In this document: piece after piece, positions 30,237 to 40,046 of the stretch | How the letters are laid out: every line of letters starts with the position of its first letter | How positions within the stretch are numbered: the stretch's first letter is position 1 | From: Candidatus Bathyarchaeota archaeon | GTDB lineage: Archaea; Thermoproteota; Bathyarchaeia; 40CM-2-53-6 | Assembly (NCBI GenBank): GCA_963733055.1 | Contig: CAVTBR010000001.1 | Span: forward strand, 384,001-448,000 | DNA: 64,000 nucleotides | Direction of reading: 5' to 3' | Position numbers and translations under genes: made by a program | The notes under the pieces: model-generated | What the model saw: the letters and a program-made list of their open reading frames with translations, nothing else | Database searches by the model: none | Told to the model about the DNA's origin: nothing

Positions 30237-31544
30237 TTGTCAAACAAAAGTGGAACTAAGAAAACTCTAGCTATAGTTGTCGCTGTAATCGTGCTTCTAG
30301 CGATTGTAGGAGGCGCGTACTATTACACTACCTCAACATCAGCACCTATGACATCAACAACGATGATGACGACACAAGGCGCATCCATGACGAGTGCATC
30401 CGCGCCAGGTGTCATCAAGATCGGTTTGATCACTCCGCTCAGCGGAATCTATGCCCCTGACGGGACGCAAGTACAACAGGGTGCACAGATGGCAGCCGAC
30501 CAGCTCAATGCCGCCGGTGGAGTCATGGGCCAACAAATCCAGATACTTCCGCAAGACGAAGGCGCAACGACCGCCGATACAGTAAACGCAGCCCAGATCC
30601 TCGTCAACCAACAGAATGTAAACTTCATGATGGGCCCATATTTCAGCGGAGACGTCAGGGCAACTCTCCCTATCACCACAGCCGCTAAGATGGTCCAAAT
30701 ACTAACCGTCTCAAGCCTCGACGCATTAATGGTACCCCCACAGAACAATTACCTATTTCGTGTAACACTACCAGACAGCGGTTACGCAACCATGACGATT
30801 TCATGGCTCGGCCTAGTACACGCAAAATCTTTCGTGTATGAAGCAGAGGACTACGGATACGCGCATGAAATCGGCAGCTTCTTGACCAATCAAAGTGCAA
30901 GTGCAGGCGTCACAATGCTTTCCGCAGACTATTTCCCAGACACTGCCACAGACTACTCATCTGCAATAAACCACATTGCTTCACTCAAACCTGACGGCGT
31001 CGTCGTGGTAATGGAAGGAACAAACGGCATCGACTTCCAAAAACAGTTCGGAGCCAACCCGGCCGTTAACAAGATACCAATCTTCCACCTCGAAACGTTG
31101 TTGATATTGCCGACGAATGCGCAAGCCATCAACACTGCAGTTCCAGGTGGAGTAAATGATGTCTTTGTTGGACCGATCAGCACCATCACGAACCAGACAG
31201 CAGCCTTCCAGCAATCATTTCAGCAGAAATACGCACAAACCGCGAGCCACTACGCCATGGACGGATACGACGGAGTAATGGTACTCGCAAACGCAGTCAC
31301 CAAAGCAGGCAGCACAAACTCGGACGCTGTAGCCACAGCATTGTCCTCGACAGATTACACTGGCCCCGGTGGGCATGTGGTCTTTCTAGGCAACCATAAC
31401 CCAACACTAGGCCCGGGATTCCTCACAGGAACAATCTATCAAATCACAGTGACAAACAACGATATTCACTATCAAATCGTCTGGCCCTCAATGTGGGCAA
31501 ATGCCACCGCAGTGAACCCCTCGACTGGGCAACCATATTCCTGA
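30237..31544 (+). CDS. Liv-type ABC transporter substrate-binding protein
   Basis: N-terminal TM anchor, Thr/Ser-rich linker, IKIGLITPLSG; likely TTG start 30237. Confidence 0.9.
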   Translation: MSNKSGTKKTLAIVVAVIVLLAIVGGAYYYTTSTSAPMTSTTMMTTQGASMTSASAPGVIKIGLITPLSGIYAPDGTQVQQGAQMAADQLNAAGGVMGQQIQILPQDEGATTADTVNAAQILVNQQNVNFMMGPYFSGDVRATLPITTAAKMVQILTVSSLDALMVPPQNNYLFRVTLPDSGYATMTISWLGLVHAKSFVYEAEDYGYAHEIGSFLTNQSASAGVTMLSADYFPDTATDYSSAINHIASLKPDGVVVVMEGTNGIDFQKQFGANPAVNKIPIFHLETLLILPTNAQAINTAVPGGVNDVFVGPISTITNQTAAFQQSFQQKYAQTASHYAMDGYDGVMVLANAVTKAGSTNSDAVATALSSTDYTGPGGHVVFLGNHNPTLGPGFLTGTIYQITVTNNDIHYQIVWPSMWANATAVNPSTGQPYS

Positions 31545-31574
31545 GAAACGCTAACTACACATATAGCTTACCTC

Positions 31575-31592
31575 CCTTCTTCCTTTTTTTTC
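31575..31592 (+). terminator. Oligo-T intra-operon terminator after the binding-protein gene
   Basis: Pyrimidine tract ending in T8 between SBP stop and permease start. Confidence 0.45.
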
Positions 31593-31603
31593 GTGTGTGT
31601 GAC

Positions 31604-32503
31604 GTGCCAGCCTCCGCGTTCCAAGGGCTCTATCTCTCGATTGTTTCAGGAATCAGCTACGGACTCATAATCAGTCTGCTGGCGGGCGGGCTTTCACTCA
31701 TCTACGGAGTGATGAACAACGTTAACACCTCGCACGGGGCTTTTTACATGCTGGGCGGATTTCTCACATTTTTTGCTGTAAGTTCTCTTCACCTACCCAT
31801 CGTGCTCAGCATAATTTTCGCTTTCACGGCTGCTTTCGGATTGGGACTAGTATTTCTCTTCACTTTAGTTCCGAGAAGAATGTGGGTGTCGAGCGACCCT
31901 GATTCTCAAAATATCGTAATGATTTTGTTCTTGGCCCTTGCGCAGGTTCTACAACGAGGAGCCTTCATTGTGTATGGTGGAGGATCCGTGGCTGTTCCAA
32001 CCATTCTATTCGGAAGCCTCTCGTTACCGGGAGATCTATTCATTTCCTACCAGACCCTGATTTCTATTGCAATATCGATCCTCTGCTACGTTGGATTATT
32101 CATCTTCCTTCGGGATAGCAAGATAGGCAAAGCAATTCGGGCGTTTTCGCAAGACAGAGAATTAGCTGAGGCCATGGGGGTTCGAGTTGGCACAATCGCT
32201 TTGATGTCCTTCGGCCTGGGAGTGTCGTTAGCTGCGCTGAGCGGCGCTCTTCTTTCCTCAATTTATAGTGTCACCGCTGCGACTGGTTGGAACGAACTTG
32301 TAATCGCGTTCGTGATAGTGACATTCGGAGGAATCGGAAGCATATCAGGAAGTTTTCTCGGCGGCTTAGTGTATGGGATAATCTACTCAATCACGCAGTA
32401 TTACCTCCCTGCCTACTCTTTTGTTATCGCACTGGTCCTCATCTACATCGTACTGGTCACAAAACCTACGGGGATACTGGGCGAGATTATTGAAAGGGCC
32501 TGA
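31604..32503 (+). CDS. LivH-like ABC permease
   Basis: GLSLIYGVMNNVNTSHGAFYM, GKAIRA, FGGIGS. Confidence 0.9.
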   Translation: MPASAFQGLYLSIVSGISYGLIISLLAGGLSLIYGVMNNVNTSHGAFYMLGGFLTFFAVSSLHLPIVLSIIFAFTAAFGLGLVFLFTLVPRRMWVSSDPDSQNIVMILFLALAQVLQRGAFIVYGGGSVAVPTILFGSLSLPGDLFISYQTLISIAISILCYVGLFIFLRDSKIGKAIRAFSQDRELAEAMGVRVGTIALMSFGLGVSLAALSGALLSSIYSVTAATGWNELVIAFVIVTFGGIGSISGSFLGGLVYGIIYSITQYYLPAYSFVIALVLIYIVLVTKPTGILGEIIERA

Positions 32504-33467
32504 CCACGCTTCCTACATCTCATGGGCCAAGGGTCTCAACCTAAGAGACATCAATTTCCTAATACTCTTGGTTTCCATCATACCTAGCACAATCATCTTC
32601 CTGGCTGACAAGCCTTACCTGAAATTCATCATGATGTACTTCTTTGCGTACGCAATCTACACAGCAAGTTGGGATCTACTCTATAGTTACTCGGGTCAGT
32701 TAAGCCTCGGTCAAGCTTTGCCGTTCGGCCTAGGAGCCTTCTTCACCATCATGCTTACTCAAATCGTTAAGCTGCCATTGGTGCCCTCTGCGATCGTCGG
32801 AACATTAGGCGCGGCAGCCGTTGGGGGAAGTATCGGGGCAACAACAATTAGGCTCAAACCGGGATACCAAGGGATAGCGATCCTCCTCTTCTCACAAGTT
32901 CTCTATTGGCTTTCTCTAATAGCCTACGGGGAAGAAGGAGTATCCATATTCAGCGAGACTCCCCCCAGCGAGACTACGATATACATTACGGGATTCGCGC
33001 TTTTCGTTTTGGCGATGCTTGCAATATACATCATTCAGAATTCTACCTACAAACTCAAGCTGCTCGCAATAAAGGGAGACAACCTCGCTGCAGAAGTATG
33101 CGGGATAAACGTTCCCGTACACAAAGCCATAGTTTTCTTCCTTAGCGCCTTCTTCGCGGGACTGGCTGGAACATATTACGGAATTTTCACCTCGCACGCA
33201 GACTTTAGCATCTTCGCAGTTCCGAATTCGTTCCTTCCAATTGGAATGGCGATCGTAGGAGGAGTCGGTTTCTTAGGCGGACCCATAATCGGTAGCGCCG
33301 TCGTTAGTTTGATAATCAATATCCTTCCGGTCTGGTATTCACTCGCGATAACCTACTTCGCATACGGAATCGTAGTCATCATCATCTTGAAGGTGAGACC
33401 CACCGGTATCTTGGGCCTACTCAAGCAAATTGCGCGAAAGGAGAAATCAAAAGTTGCTAAGAGTTGA
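32490..33467 (+). CDS. LivM-like ABC permease
   Basis: YSGQLSLGQ, AAEVCGIN, IVGGVG...GPIIG. Confidence 0.9.
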   Translation: MKGPDHASYISWAKGLNLRDINFLILLVSIIPSTIIFLADKPYLKFIMMYFFAYAIYTASWDLLYSYSGQLSLGQALPFGLGAFFTIMLTQIVKLPLVPSAIVGTLGAAAVGGSIGATTIRLKPGYQGIAILLFSQVLYWLSLIAYGEEGVSIFSETPPSETTIYITGFALFVLAMLAIYIIQNSTYKLKLLAIKGDNLAAEVCGINVPVHKAIVFFLSAFFAGLAGTYYGIFTSHADFSIFAVPNSFLPIGMAIVGGVGFLGGPIIGSAVVSLIINILPVWYSLAITYFAYGIVVIIILKVRPTGILGLLKQIARKEKSKVAKS

Positions 33468-34146
33468 AGCCTTGGAAAAGCGGTTCGGGGGCCTGACAGC
33501 GCTCTCGAAGATCGATATCAAAGTCGATAAGGGAAAGATCTACGGACTTATTGGACCGAATGGATCAGGCAAGACCACGCTGCTTAACCTCGTCACAGGT
33601 GTCCTCAAACCAACGCGGGGCAAAATCTACGTGAAAGACATCGATGTGACCGGGAAACCGCCCCACACAATAACACGTATGGGCGTGAGTAGAACATTTC
33701 AGATTCCTAGAATATTCCCGGAATTAACTGTCGAAGAAAACATGCTCGCAATCAAGCATGAGTCTTTTTCTAGGGATAGACTAGATGACGTGTTGAAGCT
33801 AGTCGATCTATCCGCGGTCAGAGCGAATAAAGCGAAATCTTTGGGGTACGGGCAACGGAAAGACCTTGAGCTAGCCAGAGCAATCGTACTCGATACCGAA
33901 CTTCTATTCCTAGACGAACCAATGGCTGGCCTCCACGGCTCCACTATAGGAGTAATTTCGAAGCATATTCGCACGCTGAACAAAGAAATGGGCAAAACCC
34001 TGGTAATCATTGAGCATCACTTAGAAGAGCTAATGCAGCTTACAGATTACGTGTTCGTTCTCGACCACGGCGAAAAAATAGAGGAAGGAGAACCAGACGT
34101 AATCAGAAGCAGCAAAGCCGTCCACCGAGCCTATTTCGGAGCGTGA
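33454..34146 (+). CDS. LivG-like ABC ATPase
   Basis: GPNGSGKT, RTFQ, LDEPMAG, IEH. Confidence 0.92.
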   Translation: MLRVEALEKRFGGLTALSKIDIKVDKGKIYGLIGPNGSGKTTLLNLVTGVLKPTRGKIYVKDIDVTGKPPHTITRMGVSRTFQIPRIFPELTVEENMLAIKHESFSRDRLDDVLKLVDLSAVRANKAKSLGYGQRKDLELARAIVLDTELLFLDEPMAGLHGSTIGVISKHIRTLNKEMGKTLVIIEHHLEELMQLTDYVFVLDHGEKIEEGEPDVIRSSKAVHRAYFGA

Positions 34147-34152
34147 ACTTAC

Positions 34153-34851
34153 CTGCTGAAAGTCGAGAATATTCGCGCTGGGTACGCAGGGGCTGAAGTA
34201 TTACACTCAGTAAGTATCGAAGCCCGAGACAAGGAGATAACTATCCTCCTAGGCCCGAACGGCGCAGGTAAGTCAACACTATTGAAAACAATCATTGGCT
34301 TAATCTCTCCGACTGGCGGAAAACTCTACGCTAACGATAAGGATATCACGAGAGCCAGCACGACCGATATCATCAAACTAGGAATCTCGTACGTTCCACA
34401 AGGCGCCTCACTCTTCCCAAGCATGACGGTGAGGGAAAATCTCGAGATGGGCTACTACACTCTGTCCGACAAGCAAGAACTGAAAAAGAAGATCTCAGAA
34501 ACATGCGACATCTTCCCAATTCTCAAAGACCGAATGCACCAGAAAGCTGGGCTCATGAGCGGCGGGGAAAGGCAGATGCTTGCCATCGGAAGAGCCTTAG
34601 TTTCATCCCCCAAACTAATACTCCTCGACGAACCCTCATCCGGACTCGACGTCGGAAAACAAGCAATCATCTTCGACAAACTGATCCAATTAAACAAAGA
34701 AGGAATAGCCATTCTACTAGTCGAACAAAGCGTGGAGAAAGCAACCAAGATAGCCCATCAGGCATACCTTTTGTCCAGCGGGATTCTCAAATTCTCTGGC
34801 GAAGCCTCAAAACTAACAGAGAACATGCTCTCCAGCGTCTTCGGCAAATAA
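34153..34851 (+). CDS. LivF-like ABC ATPase (start non-canonical or disturbed)
   Basis: Walker A GPNGAGKS lies in frame upstream of the track start (34282); MSGGERQ, LDEPS, VEQ. Confidence 0.88.
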   Translation: MLKVENIRAGYAGAEVLHSVSIEARDKEITILLGPNGAGKSTLLKTIIGLISPTGGKLYANDKDITRASTTDIIKLGISYVPQGASLFPSMTVRENLEMGYYTLSDKQELKKKISETCDIFPILKDRMHQKAGLMSGGERQMLAIGRALVSSPKLILLDEPSSGLDVGKQAIIFDKLIQLNKEGIAILLVEQSVEKATKIAHQAYLLSSGILKFSGEASKLTENMLSSVFGK

Positions 34852-34938
34852 CCGGCAGCGTCTGAACCATCCCGGAATCGGTTTGGAAAATCAAGTGCAC
34901 TTGTAATCGAGGGAGCAACTGGCGAAAACCCGAACAAT

Positions 34939-36340
34939 TCAGGCGCGGATATGATTGTTTTCTTCAGCTCGGATGAAGCGTCCTTCTCCTGGAGCCCCGA
35001 CGATTACCCCCTCATTCATGACTAATTTGCCACGTACGAAAGTTGCCACACACTTACCTCTAACGTCCCTTCCGTCGAAAAGAAATGTCTCTCTTGCTTT
35101 AGTTTCGAGCTCATCACGTTTCAATGTCCACTTCTTTTGAAGATTCACTACCGCGAAATCGGCATCGGATCCAACTGTGATCGTACCTTTTCTGGGATAG
35201 AGGCCGAAGATCTCTGCCGGCCTGGTGGAACATAACCTTACAACATCGAGGAGAGACAGTCGTTTGTTATACACCTCTGTTAGCATCAGTGGTAGTCTTG
35301 TTTCGACTCCGGGTGTTCCAGGTGGTGCCTTCCAAATATCATCCTCCCCTTCTTCTTTCTCTTTTTCCGAGTGAGGCGCGTGGTCGCTTACCACGATGTC
35401 AATAGTTCCGTCAACTAGACCATCCCACAGCGCCTGACGGTCAGATTCGTCTCGCGGCGGCGGATTGAATTTCGCATTTGGCCCATTTCTTTTCAGTGCG
35501 TCTTTTGTGAGCAGAAGATAGTGCGGGCAGGTTTCAGCTGTGGCTGTGGACCCATTCTTTCTACAGAGGCGAATTAGAGAAACCGCCTCTTCGGTGCTAA
35601 TGTGAAGTAGGTGAATTCGAGCCTTGAGCGCGTCCGAGATTATCAGTGCTTCTGAAACCGCCAACGCCTCGGTAAACTGTGGCCGAGAATCATAGTGGGC
35701 AGGAGCGTCGCGCCTTCCCTCTCGTTGGAGGCGATCGGTCAGAAAGCGAATAGTGTCATCATGTTCGGCGTGTAAGCAAAGGAGCTTGCGCGTCCCTTTG
35801 ACTTGCTCCATGACACGATATAGGGAAGCCGCTTCAGTGACAAAGGTGCCCGCGTATCTCGCGAATTCTCTCGGGAGGGGGAGCTACCATGTAGGTTTTG
35901 AAAGCTATAGCCCCAACCTCGGCGAGCCCGGCAAGCTCCGACAAATTATCGACTCCAGCTCCAGCATAGAGCGCGAAATCCACAATCGCCTTTGGTTGTA
36001 CTATCTTGATTTTCTCAAGGAATCGCTGCCTTGTTGTGACTACCGGTTGGGTGGTCGGCATATCAAATACCGTTGTCACGCCTCCCTTTGCTGCAGATCG
36101 CGTCCCAGAAAGAAAGTCCTCTTTCTGAGTCATTCCAGGGTCGCGGAAGTGGACATGCGTATCTATTAGTCCCGGAAGTACGTGCAACCCAGTGGCGTCA
36201 AATTCATCATCAGCCTGAATATTGACCCTAGTAGAAATCGAGATTACCTTTCCTTTATCGACAAGAATTGATGCCTTTAGAAGCCCATCTCTGGCGACGA
36301 CGGTTCCTCCTCGAATCAAGAGGTCCGGCATTTCGACCAC
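34939..36340 (-). CDS. Cyclic amidohydrolase (dihydroorotase/allantoinase family), split by +1 frameshift near 35855-35885
   Basis: DTHVHFRDPG, AFKTYM in 5' frame; HAE, HIS, KFNPP, SDHAPH in 3' frame; joined reading RE-YAGTFVTEAASLYRVMEQ. Confidence 0.88.
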
Positions 36341-36357
36341 ACGGATTGTACCGCATG

Positions 36358-36379
36358 TAACAGGACTTATACCCTGTTA
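36358..36379. promoter_or_regulatory. Inverted repeat enclosing the putative TATA box of the amidohydrolase gene
   Basis: TAACAGG-ACTTATAC-CCTGTTA; minus-strand TATAAG lies 26-31 bp upstream of 36340. Confidence 0.4.
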
Positions 36380-36461
36380 TTCATCAACACGAGAATTCGA
36401 GCCTCAGAGAATCAAAAACAGAACTTATTTGCACGGAAACTTAGCCAACGATTGATACATT

Positions 36462-37562
36462 TTGTCACTAACTGGACGTGACTTGGTTTCGGTGCTGGAT
36501 TTTGACAAACGAGAACTTGAGACAATATTCAGAACGGCCGACTCTATGCAACGGTACACTAGGAAATGCCGGAATCAACTAAAAGACAATGTGATGGCGA
36601 CAATTTTCTTTGAGCCAAGTACGAGAACACGGCTTAGTTTTGAGACCGCGATGCATCGCTTAGGGGGATCGGTGATTGGATTTGCAGAACCGGGTATCTC
36701 TAGTGTTGCCAAGGGTGAGACTTTGGCGGATACGATTAGAATGGTCGAAGCGTATTCAGACGTGATTGTGCTTAGGCATAAGATTGAAGGATCTGCAAAA
36801 TTCGCAGGTGAAATAGCGAGTGTCCCGGTTCTCAACGGCGGTGACGGTTCTCAACATCACCCAAGCCAAACCCTCACCGACCTTTACACTATCAGAAAGG
36901 AGTTTGGCAAGATTGACGGTTGCAACATTCTACTCATGGGAGACCTAAACCACACAAGGTCAGCCTCATCCCTCGCCTACGGGCTGGGCCACTACCAAGG
37001 AATCAGACTTTCTTTTGTATCCCCTGATAGTCTCAGAATGCGACCCGAGGTTACTGACTACCTCGATAGAAAAAGCGTAAAGTATGAAGAGAGTGAAGAC
37101 CCTTCGCGTTTCATCGATGAAGCTGACGTAATTTATGTGACAAGGTTACAGAAAGAACGTTTCACAGATCCCAACCAGGCAGAAGCCCTCAAAGCGAGCT
37201 ACGTTCTAACGAAGGAACTCCTGAAACATGCGCCAAAAGACGCCATTGTCCTACACCACCTTCCAAGAATAGAGGAAATACCACTAGAAATTGACTACAC
37301 GCCGAACGCTAGATATTTCGAACAGGCCGCGAACGGCGTTCCAGTAAGAATGGCTTTTCTTTACCTATCAGTTTACCGTTCAAAGTACCGCCCCTTGAAG
37401 AAACGTCAACCGCCGTCAAGTACGAGTGGACTGCGGCGGTGTGCGAACCCAAACTGTATCTCTAATCAACCACGTGAGCCGATTGCGCCCGAGATGAATG
37501 AGGTCACCAGCAAAGGCGAACGAATATTCCAATGTGGATACTGTGGTCGATACACGAAGTAA
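36462..37562 (+). CDS. pyrB: Aspartate carbamoyltransferase-like catalytic chain fused to a PyrI-type C-terminal Zn domain
   Basis: FFEPSTRTRLSF, KGETLADT, HPSQ, TRLQKERF; C-terminus CANPNCISN...FQCGYC. Confidence 0.88.
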   Translation: MSLTGRDLVSVLDFDKRELETIFRTADSMQRYTRKCRNQLKDNVMATIFFEPSTRTRLSFETAMHRLGGSVIGFAEPGISSVAKGETLADTIRMVEAYSDVIVLRHKIEGSAKFAGEIASVPVLNGGDGSQHHPSQTLTDLYTIRKEFGKIDGCNILLMGDLNHTRSASSLAYGLGHYQGIRLSFVSPDSLRMRPEVTDYLDRKSVKYEESEDPSRFIDEADVIYVTRLQKERFTDPNQAEALKASYVLTKELLKHAPKDAIVLHHLPRIEEIPLEIDYTPNARYFEQAANGVPVRMAFLYLSVYRSKYRPLKKRQPPSSTSGLRRCANPNCISNQPREPIAPEMNEVTSKGERIFQCGYCGRYTK

Positions 37563-37581
37563 ATGACATTAGCCTTGCGAG

Positions 37582-38802
37582 TCAGGTGTAGAGTGTGTTG
37601 ACCAGCTGGTTTTCCGCAAGCACTTTTCCACGCTTAATGACATACCGAGGCATGTCCCCGAATCTGAGACAATCAGCCGCGTTCGAATAGTTCAATATGT
37701 TTAGGTCCGCTTTACAACCTTCTTCGACTCCATATTCGCTAAGCCGAAGCATGAGAGCCGCGTTGTACGTGACCATCCTAGGAATCTGTTCAAACAGCTC
37801 CCGGGAGTTGAGTTGACCTCCATAAGCGAGTAACCAGCCGTTTCGTAGAGCGCTGAAGTCTCCGAAGGGGTTGAAAGGGTCAACCATATTATCGATTCCG
37901 TAGGTGACATTCACGCCAGCGTTCAACAGTTCCATTACTCTAGTAATGCCCCTAGGGATTGGCGGCGGATGTTGACCTCCGCTCGTCATCATTGTACAAG
38001 GATTCGTTATGATATTCACCTTAGCACGCTTAATCGAACTGATAATTTTGCTCGCGTAATCGTCACTATAATGAGACAAAGCGATATTATGTGCTGAGGA
38101 CGCCCTGCCTTCATAGTGAGTACTGACAACTTTTGCAATGAAATACTCCAGGTTTCTTCCGGAAGATATTACATCATTGTGAACGTCAACATCAACGTCC
38201 TTCTCTTTCGCGATTGAGAAAACCTTATCCAAGTGTTCTTTTGAGTCATCTGCAGATTTCTCAGCTTCAGGAAGTCCGCCTATAACATCTGCCCCAGACT
38301 CCAATGCTTTGTAGAGCAATTCCTCCGTTCCCTCGTGGCATATGATTCCTTCCTGCGGATTGGCGACGATTTGTATATCCAAGAGAGGAGAATATTCGCG
38401 ACGAAGCTCGTTCAACGCATCAAGGCCTGTTAACCCCACGACGGGATCGATATCCACATGGCTTCTGATTACGGTCACTCCATTCTTTAGAGCGAGTGGC
38501 AGCACGCGTTTTATACGCTGTTTTATGTTGCTGACTGTGAAAGACTCTTTTGCCTTCTTGATGATTTCGCGCGCCTGTCCGATCGAGGAGGCATACCCAA
38601 ATTCTTCCGATAACAAGACTTTGTCAAGATGTATATGCGGTTCAACGAAGGTCGGCAGAACTAAACAGCTGTTTGCATCTATCTCCTTGTCTGCTCCAAA
38701 CTGCAAATCTGAAGCTATTTTGGATATTTTGTCACCTTCAATCAAGACCGAAACGGGTTCCTCGTGACCGGTAGCCTTTGCGTTGCGAATGACAATCGAC
38801 AC
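37582..38802 (-). CDS. Cytosine deaminase (CodA)-like amidohydrolase
   Basis: EPHIHLDK, IRSHVD, IGGLP, GIDNMVDPFNPFG. Confidence 0.85.
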   Translation of the reverse strand: MSIVIRNAKATGHEEPVSVLIEGDKISKIASDLQFGADKEIDANSCLVLPTFVEPHIHLDKVLLSEEFGYASSIGQAREIIKKAKESFTVSNIKQRIKRVLPLALKNGVTVIRSHVDIDPVVGLTGLDALNELRREYSPLLDIQIVANPQEGIICHEGTEELLYKALESGADVIGGLPEAEKSADDSKEHLDKVFSIAKEKDVDVDVHNDVISSGRNLEYFIAKVVSTHYEGRASSAHNIALSHYSDDYASKIISSIKRAKVNIITNPCTMMTSGGQHPPPIPRGITRVMELLNAGVNVTYGIDNMVDPFNPFGDFSALRNGWLLAYGGQLNSRELFEQIPRMVTYNAALMLRLSEYGVEEGCKADLNILNYSNAADCLRFGDMPRYVIKRGKVLAENQLVNTLYT

Positions 38803-38822
38803 CGCGGGAGTCCCTCTACCGG

Positions 38823-39461
38823 CTAATGGTTGACAGTCGTGGAATTTGGTCTTGTTCCAGTCTTCATTTCATGAAAGGTTTGAATGATCTTTGTGGACTG
38901 TGTGACGGATCCTTTTTGGAGCCTCTCCACGGCCGCAAGGGCGGCTTCGTGAGCTTCTCGGCTTGATCCCGCCACACAATCCTTAGGGATTCTAACTGTG
39001 AAGTCAAATTGATGGGCGTCCATGGCGGTAAGGTAGACGCACACGTCGGTGGCTACTCCCGTTATGACCAAGGTGTCCACAGCCAATCCTTTGAGTAGAA
39101 TAGCCAAGTCGGTGCCGAAGAAAGCGCTGTATCGTCTTTTGTTTATCACATAGTCCGATTCTTTTGGTGCCAACTCTTCCACGATCTCGGCACCCCTAGT
39201 TCCCTCAACACAATGAAGCGCCTCATTACCATCCAGTTCTCTTCCGAAATCGACCTTCTGAGGACGATGCACTTCCCTTGTGTATATGATCGGGATACCC
39301 GAGCGACGAGCCTCTACCGACAGTTCCTTAATCCTTGAGACTACCCTGGGCGCGTCCTGACATGGAACCGCGCCATCTTCATCAACGAAATCATGCTGCA
39401 CATCCACTATAAGCAACGCAAGTGTTGCCAATTTCCAATTCCCAGTTAGATCCCAAATCAC
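38823..39461 (-). CDS. Isochorismatase-family cysteine amidohydrolase
   Basis: VDVQHDF, KRRYSAF, GVATDVCV (D-K-C triad). Confidence 0.9.
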   Translation of the reverse strand: MIWDLTGNWKLATLALLIVDVQHDFVDEDGAVPCQDAPRVVSRIKELSVEARRSGIPIIYTREVHRPQKVDFGRELDGNEALHCVEGTRGAEIVEELAPKESDYVINKRRYSAFFGTDLAILLKGLAVDTLVITGVATDVCVYLTAMDAHQFDFTVRIPKDCVAGSSREAHEAALAAVERLQKGSVTQSTKIIQTFHEMKTGTRPNSTTVNH

Positions 39462-39605
39462 AGCGTTAGAGTATTAGAACGCTACCTTTGCGAATGACGG
39501 CGCTGATGAGAGCTGGATATGGTCGGTCCGAGAATGTTCCCAACAATTCCCCCCCAGATTACTCTGTTTATTCCAAACAAAATGCACAGATGGTCTTGGG
39601 AAGGG

Positions 39606-39956
39606 CTAGTCTTCGGTGTAACCCTGGTGGGATCTGAGGTACTGGTCAGGGAATGTCAGTTCACATTTAACGCATTGGTAGTTGGTTCTAATGTTGAAGC
39701 TGGTTCCGTTCCAGATTTGCTCCTGACTTTCGGGCTCTAGTTGGCTCGCGCAGAAGGGGCAGTTCAGTGGGGGACACCTGGGGTTGGTTGGGTTGGGTGG
39801 GTTGTGGTTTTGTGTTTGTTGGTTGCGGCAGGAATAGCAGTAGAAGGTTACTCTCCACTCCAAGGCCCCCTTATTCCGCACCCGCTCAAAACATTCGAAC
39901 GCAGACCCAACCCCACACGAAGGACACAACAACAATAACTCACAGTTCGTAATCAA
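39606..39956 (-). CDS. Cys-rich protein with two predicted zinc ribbons
   Basis: CPSC, CYSC, CPFC, CVKC with an NPPNPTNP linker. Confidence 0.45.
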   Translation of the reverse strand: MITNCELLLLCPSCGVGSAFECFERVRNKGALEWRVTFYCYSCRNQQTQNHNPPNPTNPRCPPLNCPFCASQLEPESQEQIWNGTSFNIRTNYQCVKCELTFPDQYLRSHQGYTED

Positions 39957-40046
39957 GACCCTGTTTCGTTAATCACGGTTGGAAGGTGTGATTTCCCGAG
40001 GCTGAGAGACTAACGAAACTACCCCGCAGAATCCGGTCAGAACAGC

